Source of the DNA: an uncultured delta proteobacterium
Lineage (GTDB): Bacteria > Desulfobacterota > Binatia > UBA9968
Direction of reading: 5' to 3'
Length of the DNA stretch: 64,000 nt
NCBI GenBank assembly: GCA_963745035.1
Contig: CAVUVW010000017.1
Location: forward strand, 64,001-128,000
The notes below the pieces were generated by a model. That model was not told where the DNA came from and did not search any database. It worked only from the letters and a program-made list of their open reading frames with translations. Position numbers and translations under genes: made by a program. Within the stretch, counting starts at the first letter, position 1, and each line of letters starts with the position of its first letter. This document shows positions 1 through 10,352 of this stretch, in pieces.

Positions 1-24
1 AGCTAGATCTCAGGAGGACAAGCG

Positions 25-975
25 ATGAACATACTCGTTACCGGAGCCGGCCTGATCGGCGCCAATGCCGCGCGCCATGCCGTCGAAGCCGGCCACAAAG
101 TCGTTCTTTTCGATCTGTCGCCCAATCGCGATTACATCCAGAAAGTCGTCGGCAAAGACAAGGCCGATGTGGTCGCCGCCGACATGCGCGATCTGCCCGC
201 GCTCCTGAGCGCGCTGGAAAAATTCAACATCGACACGATGGTCCACACCGCCGGCTTGATCGGCGGGCGCGTCCAGGAAAACTCTTACACCGGCGCGACC
301 AACAATATTTTGGGAACGATCAACGTTTTGGAGGCGTCGCGCTTACGCAAGCTCAAACGGGTCGTTTACGTGAGCACCTTCGGCGTCTACGAACGCGGCA
401 AGATCAACGACGGTGCGATCTGCGAATCTCACCCGATCGGCGGGCACAACCTGTACGCCGCCACGAAAGTCTGCTCCGAGCATCTGGTTCACGCCTACGC
501 GGGCATGTACAACCTCGATACCATCATCATTCGCCCGGGCGGCGTCTTCGGGCGCGGTTTTTACGTCGGCGGCTCCACCGTCGGCATGGTCATGCGCGAT
601 CTCGCGCTGCGCATGATCAAAGGCGACCCGATCAGCATCGACGCCAAAACCTACGGCCCCAACGAGTACGTCTACGGCAAGGACGTCGGCTTGGCGCTCT
701 TTCTCGCGTGCCAAGCGCACAATCCCAAGCAGCGCATCTACAACGCCGGAACCGGCGTCGTTTACGGTCCGGAGAAGCTTGCGGAGGTCGTCAAGGAGCT
801 TACGCCCAAGGTCGACGTCAAGGTCAGCGGCGCGAGCGGCGCGGACAAGAGCCGCAGTATCCCGATGGATATCAGCGTCTCCAAAGCCGAGCTGGGATAT
901 GCGCCGAAGTTTTCGTTGCACGAAGCGTTGCGCGATTATATGGACGAGCTGTGGGCCGACGGAGCGAGGCCATAG
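25..975 (+). CDS. NAD-dependent epimerase/dehydratase (extended SDR)
   Basis: N-terminal TGAGLIG Rossmann motif, YAATK catalytic YxxxK, AGGAGG RBS upstream. Confidence 0.9.
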   Translation: MNILVTGAGLIGANAARHAVEAGHKVVLFDLSPNRDYIQKVVGKDKADVVAADMRDLPALLSALEKFNIDTMVHTAGLIGGRVQENSYTGATNNILGTINVLEASRLRKLKRVVYVSTFGVYERGKINDGAICESHPIGGHNLYAATKVCSEHLVHAYAGMYNLDTIIIRPGGVFGRGFYVGGSTVGMVMRDLALRMIKGDPISIDAKTYGPNEYVYGKDVGLALFLACQAHNPKQRIYNAGTGVVYGPEKLAEVVKELTPKVDVKVSGASGADKSRSIPMDISVSKAELGYAPKFSLHEALRDYMDELWADGARP

Positions 976-1032
976 CGACGGCGCAAGCTCGTCAGGCGCG
1001 ACGAGGCATTGGCGTGTAAAGTGCTGCGGCGG

Positions 1033-1743
1033 TTAGTCCGCGAAGCGAAAACGGATCATGTAATACAATGCCGCGAGGCCGTCTTTCCAGGTGATTTTTT
1101 TCCCTTCCTCGTAGGTTCGGCCGTGGTAGGAAATCGGCACTTCGTAGAAGCGGCAGCCTTTCTTCGCGAGCTTCACCGTGATCTCCGGCTCGAAGCCGAA
1201 GCGCTTGGACTTGAGCTCGATCCCCTTCAAGGCCTCGGCCCGAAAGACTTTGTAGCCGACTTCCATGTCGGAAAGGTTGAGATTGGTCAGCATATTGGAC
1301 AGCAGGGTAAGCATGCGATTGCCCATCGAGTGCCAGAAGAACAGCACGCGATGAGCGCCGCCGCCGGCGAACCGCGTGCCGTAAACCACGTCGGCCAGAC
1401 CCGTTTGAATCGGTTCGAGCAAGCTCGGGTAATCTTTGGGATCGTATTCGAGATCGGCGTCCTGAATGATGACGATATCCCCGGTCGCATGGCCGAGGGC
1501 CGTTTTCAGGGCCGCGCCCTTGCCTTCATTTTGCGGCTGAAAAAAAACCCGGATCTGGTTGGCCGCATCGGCGGCGCGGCGATTTTCCTCCTCCAGGCGA
1601 GTGAGGATCTCCCGGCTTCGATCCTTGGAGCCGTCGTCTACGAAGATAATTTCTTTCGCCATGGGTGCGGCGCATACGCGCCGGACGATTTCATCCAGCG
1701 TGCGCTCCTCGTTGTAGACCGGCACCAGAACGGAGAGCTTCAC
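1033..1743 (-). CDS. Glycosyltransferase family 2 (DPM1/polyprenol-phosphate hexosyltransferase-like)
   Basis: [34 protein letters not shown] motifs; GTG start overlaps the upstream stop (GTGA). Confidence 0.9.
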   Translation of the reverse strand: MKLSVLVPVYNEERTLDEIVRRVCAAPMAKEIIFVDDGSKDRSREILTRLEEENRRAADAANQIRVFFQPQNEGKGAALKTALGHATGDIVIIQDADLEYDPKDYPSLLEPIQTGLADVVYGTRFAGGGAHRVLFFWHSMGNRMLTLLSNMLTNLNLSDMEVGYKVFRAEALKGIELKSKRFGFEPEITVKLAKKGCRFYEVPISYHGRTYEEGKKITWKDGLAALYYMIRFRFAD

Positions 1744-2519
1744 TGTTCGAATTCGCGTTTCTTGAGTTCGCGCACAAAGGCGGCAAGCTTGGGGTCGGCG
1801 TTGACGGCCTCGTTGATCTTCGCCTGGAAATCGGCGGCGGCGCGTTCCAGAGGAGTCGTGTCCACGCGCAAACCGAGCCACTGGTTGAGGCGGAGCAAAA
1901 GGGCCAAAGTTCCGCGCGGATTGGGCGAGACCGAGAGATAGTGCGGCAGCGAGGCCCAAAGACTCAGGTGCGGTACGCCGGCGTCGCGGCACGCATCGGC
2001 CAACACGCCGACGATGCCCGTGGGACCTTGGTAACGGGACGGCACCAAATCGAGCTCGTCGATGAGCTTGGGGTCGGTGGAAAATCCGCTCAGGGGCACC
2101 GGTCGGGTGTACAGCACCTCGTCGAGATAGGCGCCCAGCGTGATCACCATTTCAACCTGGCACTCGCGCGTAAAGCGTAGCATGGTCTCGGTGAACGTGC
2201 GCCAGCGTAAATGCGGCTCCGCGCCGATGCCGATCACAAAATCCTTATCGATGCCGATGCCGGCGCCATGATAGAAATCATAGGAAGGCCAGTGGATCTC
2301 GCGAACCTTATTCTCGTTCAGGCGGACCACCGGGCGCTGCCGATAAAAGTCATAGAACTCTTCCGGGTCGATCGTCGCGAACTTCTTCGCCATGAGTTGA
2401 TCGACCAGATACCGCACGGCAGTCGTCGCCGACGCTCCGGCATCGCTCCATCCGGCGAACGACAAAACCAAAATCGGCTTGTTGAACGCCGGACGGTTGT
2501 CAAAGCTTAAGGCTTCCAT
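1740..2519 (-). CDS. PAC2 (proteasome assembly chaperone-like) family protein
   Basis: [43 protein letters not shown] motifs typical of bacterial PAC2 homologs. Confidence 0.85.
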   Translation of the reverse strand: MEALSFDNRPAFNKPILVLSFAGWSDAGASATTAVRYLVDQLMAKKFATIDPEEFYDFYRQRPVVRLNENKVREIHWPSYDFYHGAGIGIDKDFVIGIGAEPHLRWRTFTETMLRFTRECQVEMVITLGAYLDEVLYTRPVPLSGFSTDPKLIDELDLVPSRYQGPTGIVGVLADACRDAGVPHLSLWASLPHYLSVSPNPRGTLALLLRLNQWLGLRVDTTPLERAAADFQAKINEAVNADPKLAAFVRELKKREFEQ

Positions 2520-2607
2520 GATTTTTACAATGTAGCATATCTCCGGCGGATCGCTCCAGAGCAAAGAATGCAATACGGCGCGGTCGCCGGCGCGCACAGT
2601 CTAGGCG

Positions 2608-2647
2608 CGATCGCAACGGTTTGTTATCGATCGCAACGGTTTGTTAT
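2608..2647. repeat. Perfect 20-bp tandem direct repeat (CGATCGCAACGGTTTGTTAT x2) in a divergent intergenic region
   Basis: Read directly: copies at 2608-2627 and 2628-2647. Confidence 0.9.
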
Positions 2648-2696
2648 AGTGAGGCGCAATGAAAGCGCGTCCAATTCGGACTCGCTATCCGAGCCC

Positions 2697-3434
2697 ATGG
2701 TCAAGGAAAAGGTAGCTCTCATCACCGGCGGCGCGCGCGGCATCGCGCGCGCCGCCGCCTTGGATCTCGCGTCATCCGGCTGGTCGGTGGCTATCTGCTA
2801 CCGCACCAGCGCCAAAGAAGCCGATGAAGTGATAGACGCGGTGAAGCGGGCCGGGCGGCAAGGATTGGCGTTTCAGGCCGATGTCTCTCAAGCGGACGCA
2901 GCCGTTGATCTGGTTGGCCGAGTGCATCGTCAATGGGGCCGGATCGACGCGCTGGTCAACGGCGCCGGGCCCTATCACCGCGTTTCCTTGCTGCACGAGA
3001 CCAACGAGGGCTGGCACTCGATGTTCGACAACAACCTTCATCCGGTCTTTTATCTGACCCAGGCGGTGATCCCGATCATGACGGAACAAAAATGGGGCAG
3101 GATCGTTTCGTTCAGCATGGCCAATGCCGAACAGCTGATCGCCCAACCCCAGCTTACGGCGCACTATCTCAGTAAAGTCGCTTTGCTGGCCCTGTCGCGC
3201 TCCTTCGCCAAGCTGATTGCGCCGGACGGCATCACGATGAACTGTGTGTCGCCGGGATTTATCGATTCCGGCAGCGCGCCCGAGGGAGAGCTCGAGCGCA
3301 TGGTAAAATATATTCCCGCCGGCTATGCCGGCTCCGTGGACGACGCGGTCGGCGCCGTGCGTTTCTTGCTGTCGGACGAAGCTCGCTACGTCAACGGCGC
3401 GAACATTCAGGTGAGCGGCGCCTGGGGCGTGTAG
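2697..3434 (+). CDS. SDR family oxidoreductase (FabG-like)
   Basis: TGGARGIA, LVNGAG, YLSK (YxxSK), NCVSPG motifs. Confidence 0.9.
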   Translation: MVKEKVALITGGARGIARAAALDLASSGWSVAICYRTSAKEADEVIDAVKRAGRQGLAFQADVSQADAAVDLVGRVHRQWGRIDALVNGAGPYHRVSLLHETNEGWHSMFDNNLHPVFYLTQAVIPIMTEQKWGRIVSFSMANAEQLIAQPQLTAHYLSKVALLALSRSFAKLIAPDGITMNCVSPGFIDSGSAPEGELERMVKYIPAGYAGSVDDAVGAVRFLLSDEARYVNGANIQVSGAWGV

Positions 3435-3469
3435 GCGGCCATTGAACAGCGCGATACGTGAAGGGTCTC

Positions 3470-3955
3470 ATGGCAAACGCGAAAGATCAGGAACGCGCCT
3501 TGGAGTTGATCGAAACGGCGATGAAGCATCAAATGGCGCAGGAGTTCGCCGACGCGATTCGTCTGTACAAAGAATCCATCGCGCTCTACCCCACCGCGGA
3601 CGCGCACACCTATCTCGGCTGGGCTTATAGCTTTCTCGGCCGGCTGAACGAGGCCATCGCCGAGTGCGAAATCGCCATCGGCCTCGACCCCGAGTTCGGC
3701 AATCCGTACAACGACATCGGCGTCTATCTGATGCAGCAACAGCGCCTCGACGACGCGATTCCGTGGCTGGAGCGTGCCAAATCGGCCAAGCGCTATCAGC
3801 CGCGTCATTTTCCCTATATCAATCTCGGGCGGATTTATCTGAGCAAGGGCATGATCCAGAAGGCGCTCGAGGAATTCGCCGGCGCGCTGGAAATCAATCC
3901 GGACGACACCGACCTCGCCCAGCTCTTCGAAGAACTGAAAAACAAGCTCCAGTAG
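3470..3955 (+). CDS. Tetratricopeptide-repeat protein
   Basis: Repeated TPR helices (AHTYLGWAY, PYNDIGVYL, PYINLGRIY). Confidence 0.85.
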   Translation: MANAKDQERALELIETAMKHQMAQEFADAIRLYKESIALYPTADAHTYLGWAYSFLGRLNEAIAECEIAIGLDPEFGNPYNDIGVYLMQQQRLDDAIPWLERAKSAKRYQPRHFPYINLGRIYLSKGMIQKALEEFAGALEINPDDTDLAQLFEELKNKLQ

Positions 3956-4055
3956 TCGTCACCAAACCGAAACGTCGCCGAAGGTTGCGAGCGACCCCTG
4001 CGGATACAGATTTTTCCGGCGTTCGTGACTTGCAACAGACGCTGATCCTTCGGGG

Positions 4056-5336
4056 CTATTTTACCGAAGCTACCGCGGCGTCGAAGATCTCGACCGCGAC
4101 CTTGGTTTCCTCCGGCGCCACGATCAGCGGCGGGCAGAAGCGCAAGGTGCTCTCGCCGCAGCTCAGCAGCAGCAAGCCTTTTTCAAAGCACTGCTGCATG
4201 ACGCGATCGCGCAGTTCGGCGTCCGGCGCGCGGCTGCCGTCGCTCTTTTCGAAGTCGACGCCGATCATCAAGCCCAGGCCGCGCACGTCGCCGATGACCG
4301 CGTGGCGGCCTTTGAGCGCGGTGAGCTGCTCTTTCAGAACCGCGCCGACGCGCGCGGCGTTTTCCACCAGCCCCTGTTCGAGCAGCTCGATGGTCGCCAG
4401 CGCCGCCGCGCATGCCACCGGATTGCCGCCGAACGTGCTGCCGTGCGCGGCGCGAGACCAGGTGCTGATCTCCGCGCGCGCGATCATGGCGCCGAGCGGC
4501 ATGCCGCTGGCGATGCCTTTGGCGGCGCAGAGAATATCCGGCTCGATGCTCCAGTGCTCGCAGGCGAACATCTTGCCGGTGCGGCCAAAACCGGACTGAA
4601 TTTCGTCCGCCACCAAGAGCATGCCGTGCTTGCGGCAAAGCTCCTGGAGCGTCGGCAAGAAATCCGGCGGCGGGACGATGTAACCGCCTTCGCCTTGGAT
4701 GGGCTCGACGAAGATCGCCGCCACCTCTTCCGGGCGCACTTCATGGCGAAAAATCGTTTTCTCCAATACGCTCACACAGTCCGTCCCGCCGTAAGGCAAA
4801 TGATGCACGCCGGGAATCAGCGGACCGAAATAGGCGCGATGCGAGGCACGGCTGGCGGTCAACGACAACGCACCGAGCGTGCGGCCGTGAAAGGCGCCGT
4901 GGAAAGCGATGAGATGCTGGCGCTTCGTATGGTGGCGCGCCAGTTTGATCGCCGCCTCGACGGTTTCAGTGCCCGAGTTGGTGAAAAACACCTTCTTCGG
5001 ACCGGCCCCGGGCGTCACTTGGGTCAATTTCTCCGCCAGCTCCACCATCGGTTCGTAGTAATAATCGCTGCCGCAGATGTGGAGAAATTTTTTGGCTTGG
5101 GCTTCGATCGCCGCGACCACCCGCGGATGGGAATGGCCGGTGCTCGCGACCGCGATGCCGGCCATGAAATCGAGGAACAAGTTGCCGTCCACGTCCTCGA
5201 CGACCATACCCTGTGCCTGCTTGACCACCAGCGGATAGACGCGCCCGTACGCCGGCGCGGTCACCCGATGATCGCGCTCGACGATCGCCTTTGCTTTCGG
5301 ACCCGGCAGCGCGGTTTTGATGTGGGGTGCCTTCAT
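4056..5336 (-). CDS. Class III PLP aminotransferase (GabT/ArgD-like)
   Basis: NSGTE, AFHGRT, EPIQGEGG, DEIQSGFGRTG, AKGIASG, STFGGNP motifs. Confidence 0.92.
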   Translation of the reverse strand: MKAPHIKTALPGPKAKAIVERDHRVTAPAYGRVYPLVVKQAQGMVVEDVDGNLFLDFMAGIAVASTGHSHPRVVAAIEAQAKKFLHICGSDYYYEPMVELAEKLTQVTPGAGPKKVFFTNSGTETVEAAIKLARHHTKRQHLIAFHGAFHGRTLGALSLTASRASHRAYFGPLIPGVHHLPYGGTDCVSVLEKTIFRHEVRPEEVAAIFVEPIQGEGGYIVPPPDFLPTLQELCRKHGMLLVADEIQSGFGRTGKMFACEHWSIEPDILCAAKGIASGMPLGAMIARAEISTWSRAAHGSTFGGNPVACAAALATIELLEQGLVENAARVGAVLKEQLTALKGRHAVIGDVRGLGLMIGVDFEKSDGSRAPDAELRDRVMQQCFEKGLLLLSCGESTLRFCPPLIVAPEETKVAVEIFDAAVASVK

Positions 5337-5346
5337 CCGTTTTCCG

Positions 5347-5398
5347 TTTCTACTTGCTAGTTGCTGGTTCTAGTCCGCGAACTGGGAACTAGAAACTA
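5347..5398. repeat. Imperfect hairpin of 7-nt CTAGTT(G/T)-type units (REP-like)
   Basis: CTAGTTGCTGGTTCTAGT ... AACTGGGAACTAGAAACTA between the ALDH and aminotransferase genes. Confidence 0.5.
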
Positions 5399-6886
5399 CT
5401 CTGCGTTATCGATCTGTGCCTTCTGCAACTTGCCGGAGTAGTCCACGTAGATCGACTTCCACTCGGTAAAAATGTCGTAGACCGTGGTACCGGCTTCGCG
5501 GTGACCGTTGCCGGTGTCTTTGACCCCGCCGAAAGGCAGATGAACTTCCGCGCCGATGGTCGGGCCGTTGACGTAGGTGATGCCCGCTTCGATGTCGCGC
5601 ATGGCGCGAAACGCGCGCGTCACATCCTGCGTGTAGATCGAGCTCGAAAGTCCATAGGCCGTGTTGTTCAACACGTCGATCGCTTCTTCGAAGCTTTCGA
5701 CTTCGATGACCGACAGCACCGGCCCGAAAATTTCCTCCTGGGCGATGCGCATGCCGGGTTTCACCTCGTCGAAGATTGTCGGCTCGAAGAAATAACCATC
5801 CTTACAGCCCGGCGCATCTGCGACCGAACCGCCGGTGAGCAGGCGCGCGCCCTCGCTTTTGCCGATCTCGATGTAGCTTTGAACTTTTTCCCGCGCCGCC
5901 TGGCTGATCAGCGGCCCGACGTCGACGCCCTCGTCCAGGCCGTCGCCGATCTTGAGCTTCTCCGCGCGCGCGACCAGCATGTCGGTGAGCGTTTTTCGCA
6001 CCCGTCGATGCGCGATCAACCGGCTGGTCGCCGTGCAGCGCTGGCCGGTGGTGCCGAAGGCGCCCCACAAAGCGCCCTCCGCGGCCAACGGCAGATCGGC
6101 GTCTTCCATCACGATCTGGGCGTTCTTGCCGCCGAGCTCGAGGGAAACGCGCTTGAGGTTTTGCCCGCAGACCGAAGCGATCTCCCGGCCGACCGCCGCC
6201 GAGCCGGTGAACGAAACCAGTTGGACCTGGGGATGGCGCACCAGCGCGGCGCCGACTTCTTCGCCGCGGCCGTGCACCAGGTTGACCACGCCCGGCGGCA
6301 CGCCGGCTTCGATCAAGATTTCCACCAGCCGCACGGCGGTGAGCGGCGTGTCCTCGGCCGGCTTGAGCACGACCGCGTTGCCGCAGAGCAGCGCCGGAAA
6401 CATTTTCCACGTCGGAATCGCCATGGGAAAATTCCACGGCGTGATGAGCGCGCAAACGCCCACCGGCATGCGCACGGACATGGCGAATTTATTCGGCAGC
6501 TCCGCCGGCGTCGTTTCGCCGAACAGCCGGCGCCCCTCGCCGGCGACGCAGAACGCGGTGTCGATCCCTTCCTGAACGTCGCCGCGGGTTTCTTTGAGCA
6601 CCTTGCCCATCTCGCGCGTCATGCCGCGGGCGATCTCTTCCTTGTGCTTGCGCAAGAGCTCGCCGGCGCGGTAAAGCATTTCGCCGCGCTTCGGCGCCGG
6701 CACCAGACGCCAAGATGCAAACGCCTTGCGCGCCGCTTGCACCGCCGCGTCCACGTCTTCCGGCCCGGACGCGGGAAACAAACCGACCAGATCATTATGG
6801 TTGGCGGGATTGCGGTTCTCGAAAGTCTTTCCCGATTTCGCCGCGCGCCAGTTTCCCTCGATATAATTTTTGAACTGATCCGCCAT
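5396..6886 (-). CDS. Aldehyde dehydrogenase
   Basis: [23 protein letters not shown] (catalytic Cys), EEIFGP motifs. Confidence 0.95.
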   Translation of the reverse strand: MADQFKNYIEGNWRAAKSGKTFENRNPANHNDLVGLFPASGPEDVDAAVQAARKAFASWRLVPAPKRGEMLYRAGELLRKHKEEIARGMTREMGKVLKETRGDVQEGIDTAFCVAGEGRRLFGETTPAELPNKFAMSVRMPVGVCALITPWNFPMAIPTWKMFPALLCGNAVVLKPAEDTPLTAVRLVEILIEAGVPPGVVNLVHGRGEEVGAALVRHPQVQLVSFTGSAAVGREIASVCGQNLKRVSLELGGKNAQIVMEDADLPLAAEGALWGAFGTTGQRCTATSRLIAHRRVRKTLTDMLVARAEKLKIGDGLDEGVDVGPLISQAAREKVQSYIEIGKSEGARLLTGGSVADAPGCKDGYFFEPTIFDEVKPGMRIAQEEIFGPVLSVIEVESFEEAIDVLNNTAYGLSSSIYTQDVTRAFRAMRDIEAGITYVNGPTIGAEVHLPFGGVKDTGNGHREAGTTVYDIFTEWKSIYVDYSGKLQKAQIDNAE

Positions 6887-7132
6887 GATCGCTCACCTCG
6901 ATTTTTACCGTGGCCCAGTCGAGCCGCGCAGACGGAATTATTCTAATGGCCGAGGCGTGCGAACACAATCATGTTACTTGGCGCGATAGCCGGTTGCTTG
7001 AAAGAAAATACGTGCTAGTCGTAGGCGTTAATTGATTTTCTACATTCGATCGGCTAGCGTCGGGCGACTTTGCGCCCGTTCAGCCCCCTCGAATGGCAGT
7101 TAAAACCCAGCGCAATCCAAAAGGAGAAAACC

Positions 7133-8156
7133 ATGAGACCGATTGTTTGGGCATTAGCCGCGATTTTAAGCTTCGGCGGCGCCGCCCGCGCCGCCAGCGT
7201 CGAAGAGTTTTACAAAGGCAAGAACGTGAGAATCGTCGTCGGATTTTCCGCCGGTGGCGGCTTCGATACCTACGCCCGCGCGCTCGCGCGCCACATGGGC
7301 AAGCACATTCCCGGGTTCACCCACCGTCGTAGTCGAAAACATGACCGGCGCGGGCAGCCTGATCGCCGCCAATCATGTTTTCAAAGTCGCCAAACCCGAC
7401 GGCCTGACCATTGGCCATTTCATCGGCGGCTTGTTTTTGGGCCAGGTTCTCGGCCAGCCCGGCATCGAGTTCGATGCCCGCAAGTTTGAATTTATCGGCG
7501 CGCCGATCAGCGATCACGTCGTCTGCGCCATGACCAAGGCGAGCGGCATCACCAGCATGGATCGATGGATGGCGTCGAAGACTCCGGTCAAAATGGGCGG
7601 CATCGCCCCCGGCACTTCGACCCCCGACAACGCCACGCGCATTTTGAAGGCGGCGCTCGGCTTGCCGATCCAACTGGTCACCGGCTACAAAGGCACCGCG
7701 GAAGTGCGCTTGGCCGCGGAGGGCGGCGAGGTGGCCGGCGGCTGCTGGGGCTGGGACTCGGTCAGCGTGACCTGGCGCAAGGCGCTCGACAGCGGCGAAG
7801 CCGTGGTCGTGCTCCAGGCCAACCGCAAAACCCATCCTGAACTGGCCAACGTTCCGCAAGCGATCAAATTCGCCAAGACCGAAGAGGGCCGCAAGATGAT
7901 CGACGTCGGCATCCACGGCGACAGCGACATCGTGCGCACCTACACCCTGCCGCCCGGCACGCCGAAGGATCGCGTGCAGGCGCTGCGCGCCGCATTCGCC
8001 GCCACGCTCAAGGATCCGGAATTTGTCGCCGACGCGAAAAAGTCCCGGCTCAACATCGGGCCGATCCCGGTCGAGGACATCGAGAAAGACATCGCCGGTC
8101 TGTTCAAGCTCGATCCCGCCCTGGTCGGCAAGCTCAAAGATGTTCTTTACAACTAG
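7133..8156 (+). CDS. Bug/TctC tripartite tricarboxylate transporter substrate-binding protein (frameshift near 7318)
   Basis: Signal peptide and GFSAGGGFDTYAR in one frame; VVENMTGAG...PDGLTI...GYKG in the next. Confidence 0.88.
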
Positions 8157-8217
8157 GGGAATCGCTGATATTTAGCCGCGATCGTTGTCCGGCCTGGGCT
8201 GGAGGTTTTGCGTCGTC

Positions 8218-10233
8218 ATGGACATGTTGAATGCGCTCGTCTCGGGCTTCCTGCAGTGCTTTAACTTCTCGACGTTCAATTTGATGCTGATCGGTATCGC
8301 GATCGGCTTCGTCGTCGGAATCCTGCCCGGGCTCGGCGGTCCAACCGCGATGGCGCTCATGCTGCCTTTCGTGTTCAAGATGAACGCCGTCGAAGCCTTC
8401 GCTTTTCTGCTCGGCATGACCGCGGTCACCTCCACCACCGGCGACATCACTTCGGTTCTCTTTGGCGTCCCCGGCGAACCCACTACGGCGTCGACCATTG
8501 TCGACGGTCATGCCATGGCGCGCAACGGCGAAGCCGGCCGCGCGCTCGGCGCCGTGTTGATGAGTTCGCTCGTCGGCGCCGTGTTTGCCGGCATCGCCCT
8601 CGGCGCGGCCGTACCGATCATTCGGCCGCTCGTGCTTTCGTTCGGCTCGCCGGAATTTTTCATGCTGGCGATTCTCGGCATAAGCTTCGTCGCCGCTCTG
8701 AGCGGCGAAGACGTTCTCAAAGGCATCGTTGCCGGCGGTATCGGCCTCATGCTTGCCACTATCGGCTTGGATCCCATCTCGGGCATCCAGCGCTATACTT
8801 TCGGCCAACTCTTTCTTTGGGACGGCGTCGGTCTCGTGCCCATCACCATCGGCTTTTACGCCATTCCGGAAACCATCGAGCTTGCGGTGCTTGGCACCAG
8901 CATCGCCAAACAGGAAGTCGGCGAACTGGGTGGTGTGATGCAAGGGGTCAAGGACACGTTTCGCCACTGGTGGCTGGTGATTCGCTGCAGCGCGCTCGGT
9001 TGCTTTACGGCGATCATCCCGGGCATGGGCGCCGCCACGACCCAGTGGCTGGCCTACGCCCACGCGGTGCAAAGCTCGCCCGACAAAGAGCGTTTCGGCA
9101 AAGGCGATGTTCGAGGCGTCTTGGGTCCGGGCGCGGCAAACAACTCCACTTTGGGCGGCAGCTTGATCACGACCATAGCGTTCGGTGTACCGGCGAGCGT
9201 CGTGATGGCGATCCTGCTCGGCGCCTTCATCATTCAGGGCATAGTTCCGGGCCCCGACATGTTGCTGCCACCGCCCAAGGGCAAACTCGATCTTACCTAT
9301 TCATTCGTCTGGGTGATCATCCTTTCCAACATGATCACCGTCGCCATCTGCTTCCTGTTTTTGAAGCCGCTGGCGAAAGTCACCCAGGTTCGCGGCAGCA
9401 TTATCATCCCGCTGATCTTGGTTCTGATCTATCTGGGCGCATTTGCCGAGAAAAACGCCTTCGCGGACATGATCGTCGTGCTTTTCTTCGGCGCGCTCGG
9501 CTGGGTCATGGAAAAAATGGAGTGGCCGCGCCCGCCGGTTCTGCTCGGATTGGTGTTGGGCCCGCTGGCAGAAAACCGGTTGTTTCTCTCCACCGACAAT
9601 TACGGCTTGGCTTGGACCGGCAGGCCGGGCGTACTCGCGATATTCGTGTTGACGTTAGCTGGTATTTTTTACCCGCTATACAAAAGCCGCCGGGACGCTC
9701 GCAAAAAAGCGGCAGCGGATACATCAATACAACCAGGCGAAGAAGTACACAGTCACCGCACTCTACATTTCGGCGCGGCGGCGCTGTTTACCCTTACGGT
9801 GATCGTCGTGCTCTCGGTCGCGCTCTGGCAGAGCCGCAACTTCGGATACCGCGCAGGACTCTTTCCATGGGTTATCGGCATACCCACTTTGATTTTAGCC
9901 TTCTTGCAACTTGGACGGGATCTGGCCGGCAAGAAAACAGCCGAAGCGGCTGGATCTCACGCCGACTTGGATACTCGAGTGGTCGTGCGGCGAACGATCG
10001 CGATCCTTCTGTGGACCGTCGGCTGCTTTGTTGCGATTTGGCTGTTGGGATTCCCTTACGCTGTGCCGTTAGTCATCTTGCTCTATCTCAAGGTCGCCGG
10101 CGGCGAGAATTGGAAGATCACCGCGATAGTGACATTTTTCGCCTGGTTGTTCTTCTGGGGATTGTTCGAGAAAATATTGAACGTGCCCTTCCCGGAAGGC
10201 TTATTGATCGAACTGATCAAGGGTCCGGAGTAG
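8218..10233 (+). CDS. TctA permease with C-terminal TctB-like domain (fusion)
   Basis: GILPGLG, GVPGEP, DGHAMA, AANN TctA motifs for about 500 aa, then a 4-TM TctB-like segment ending LNVPFPEG. Confidence 0.85.
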   Translation: MDMLNALVSGFLQCFNFSTFNLMLIGIAIGFVVGILPGLGGPTAMALMLPFVFKMNAVEAFAFLLGMTAVTSTTGDITSVLFGVPGEPTTASTIVDGHAMARNGEAGRALGAVLMSSLVGAVFAGIALGAAVPIIRPLVLSFGSPEFFMLAILGISFVAALSGEDVLKGIVAGGIGLMLATIGLDPISGIQRYTFGQLFLWDGVGLVPITIGFYAIPETIELAVLGTSIAKQEVGELGGVMQGVKDTFRHWWLVIRCSALGCFTAIIPGMGAATTQWLAYAHAVQSSPDKERFGKGDVRGVLGPGAANNSTLGGSLITTIAFGVPASVVMAILLGAFIIQGIVPGPDMLLPPPKGKLDLTYSFVWVIILSNMITVAICFLFLKPLAKVTQVRGSIIIPLILVLIYLGAFAEKNAFADMIVVLFFGALGWVMEKMEWPRPPVLLGLVLGPLAENRLFLSTDNYGLAWTGRPGVLAIFVLTLAGIFYPLYKSRRDARKKAAADTSIQPGEEVHSHRTLHFGAAALFTLTVIVVLSVALWQSRNFGYRAGLFPWVIGIPTLILAFLQLGRDLAGKKTAEAAGSHADLDTRVVVRRTIAILLWTVGCFVAIWLLGFPYAVPLVILLYLKVAGGENWKITAIVTFFAWLFFWGLFEKILNVPFPEGLLIELIKGPE

Positions 10234-10352
10234 TCGGCTCGGGCCAAACGCCGAACGGCATCCAAGTATGAAGGCCACAGAGAGCTTCTCCGTGGCCTTT
10301 CTTCTTCGCGCTGAGATCGGATTTTTTTGCGCGCAAAATCTGCCGGCGAGAA

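Noticed and set aside
5501-6946. Long antisense ORFs (also 4302-5360, 14726-15943, 26096-27556, 29570-30913)
   Set aside because: Shadow frames of high-GC genes on the opposite strand; no motifs
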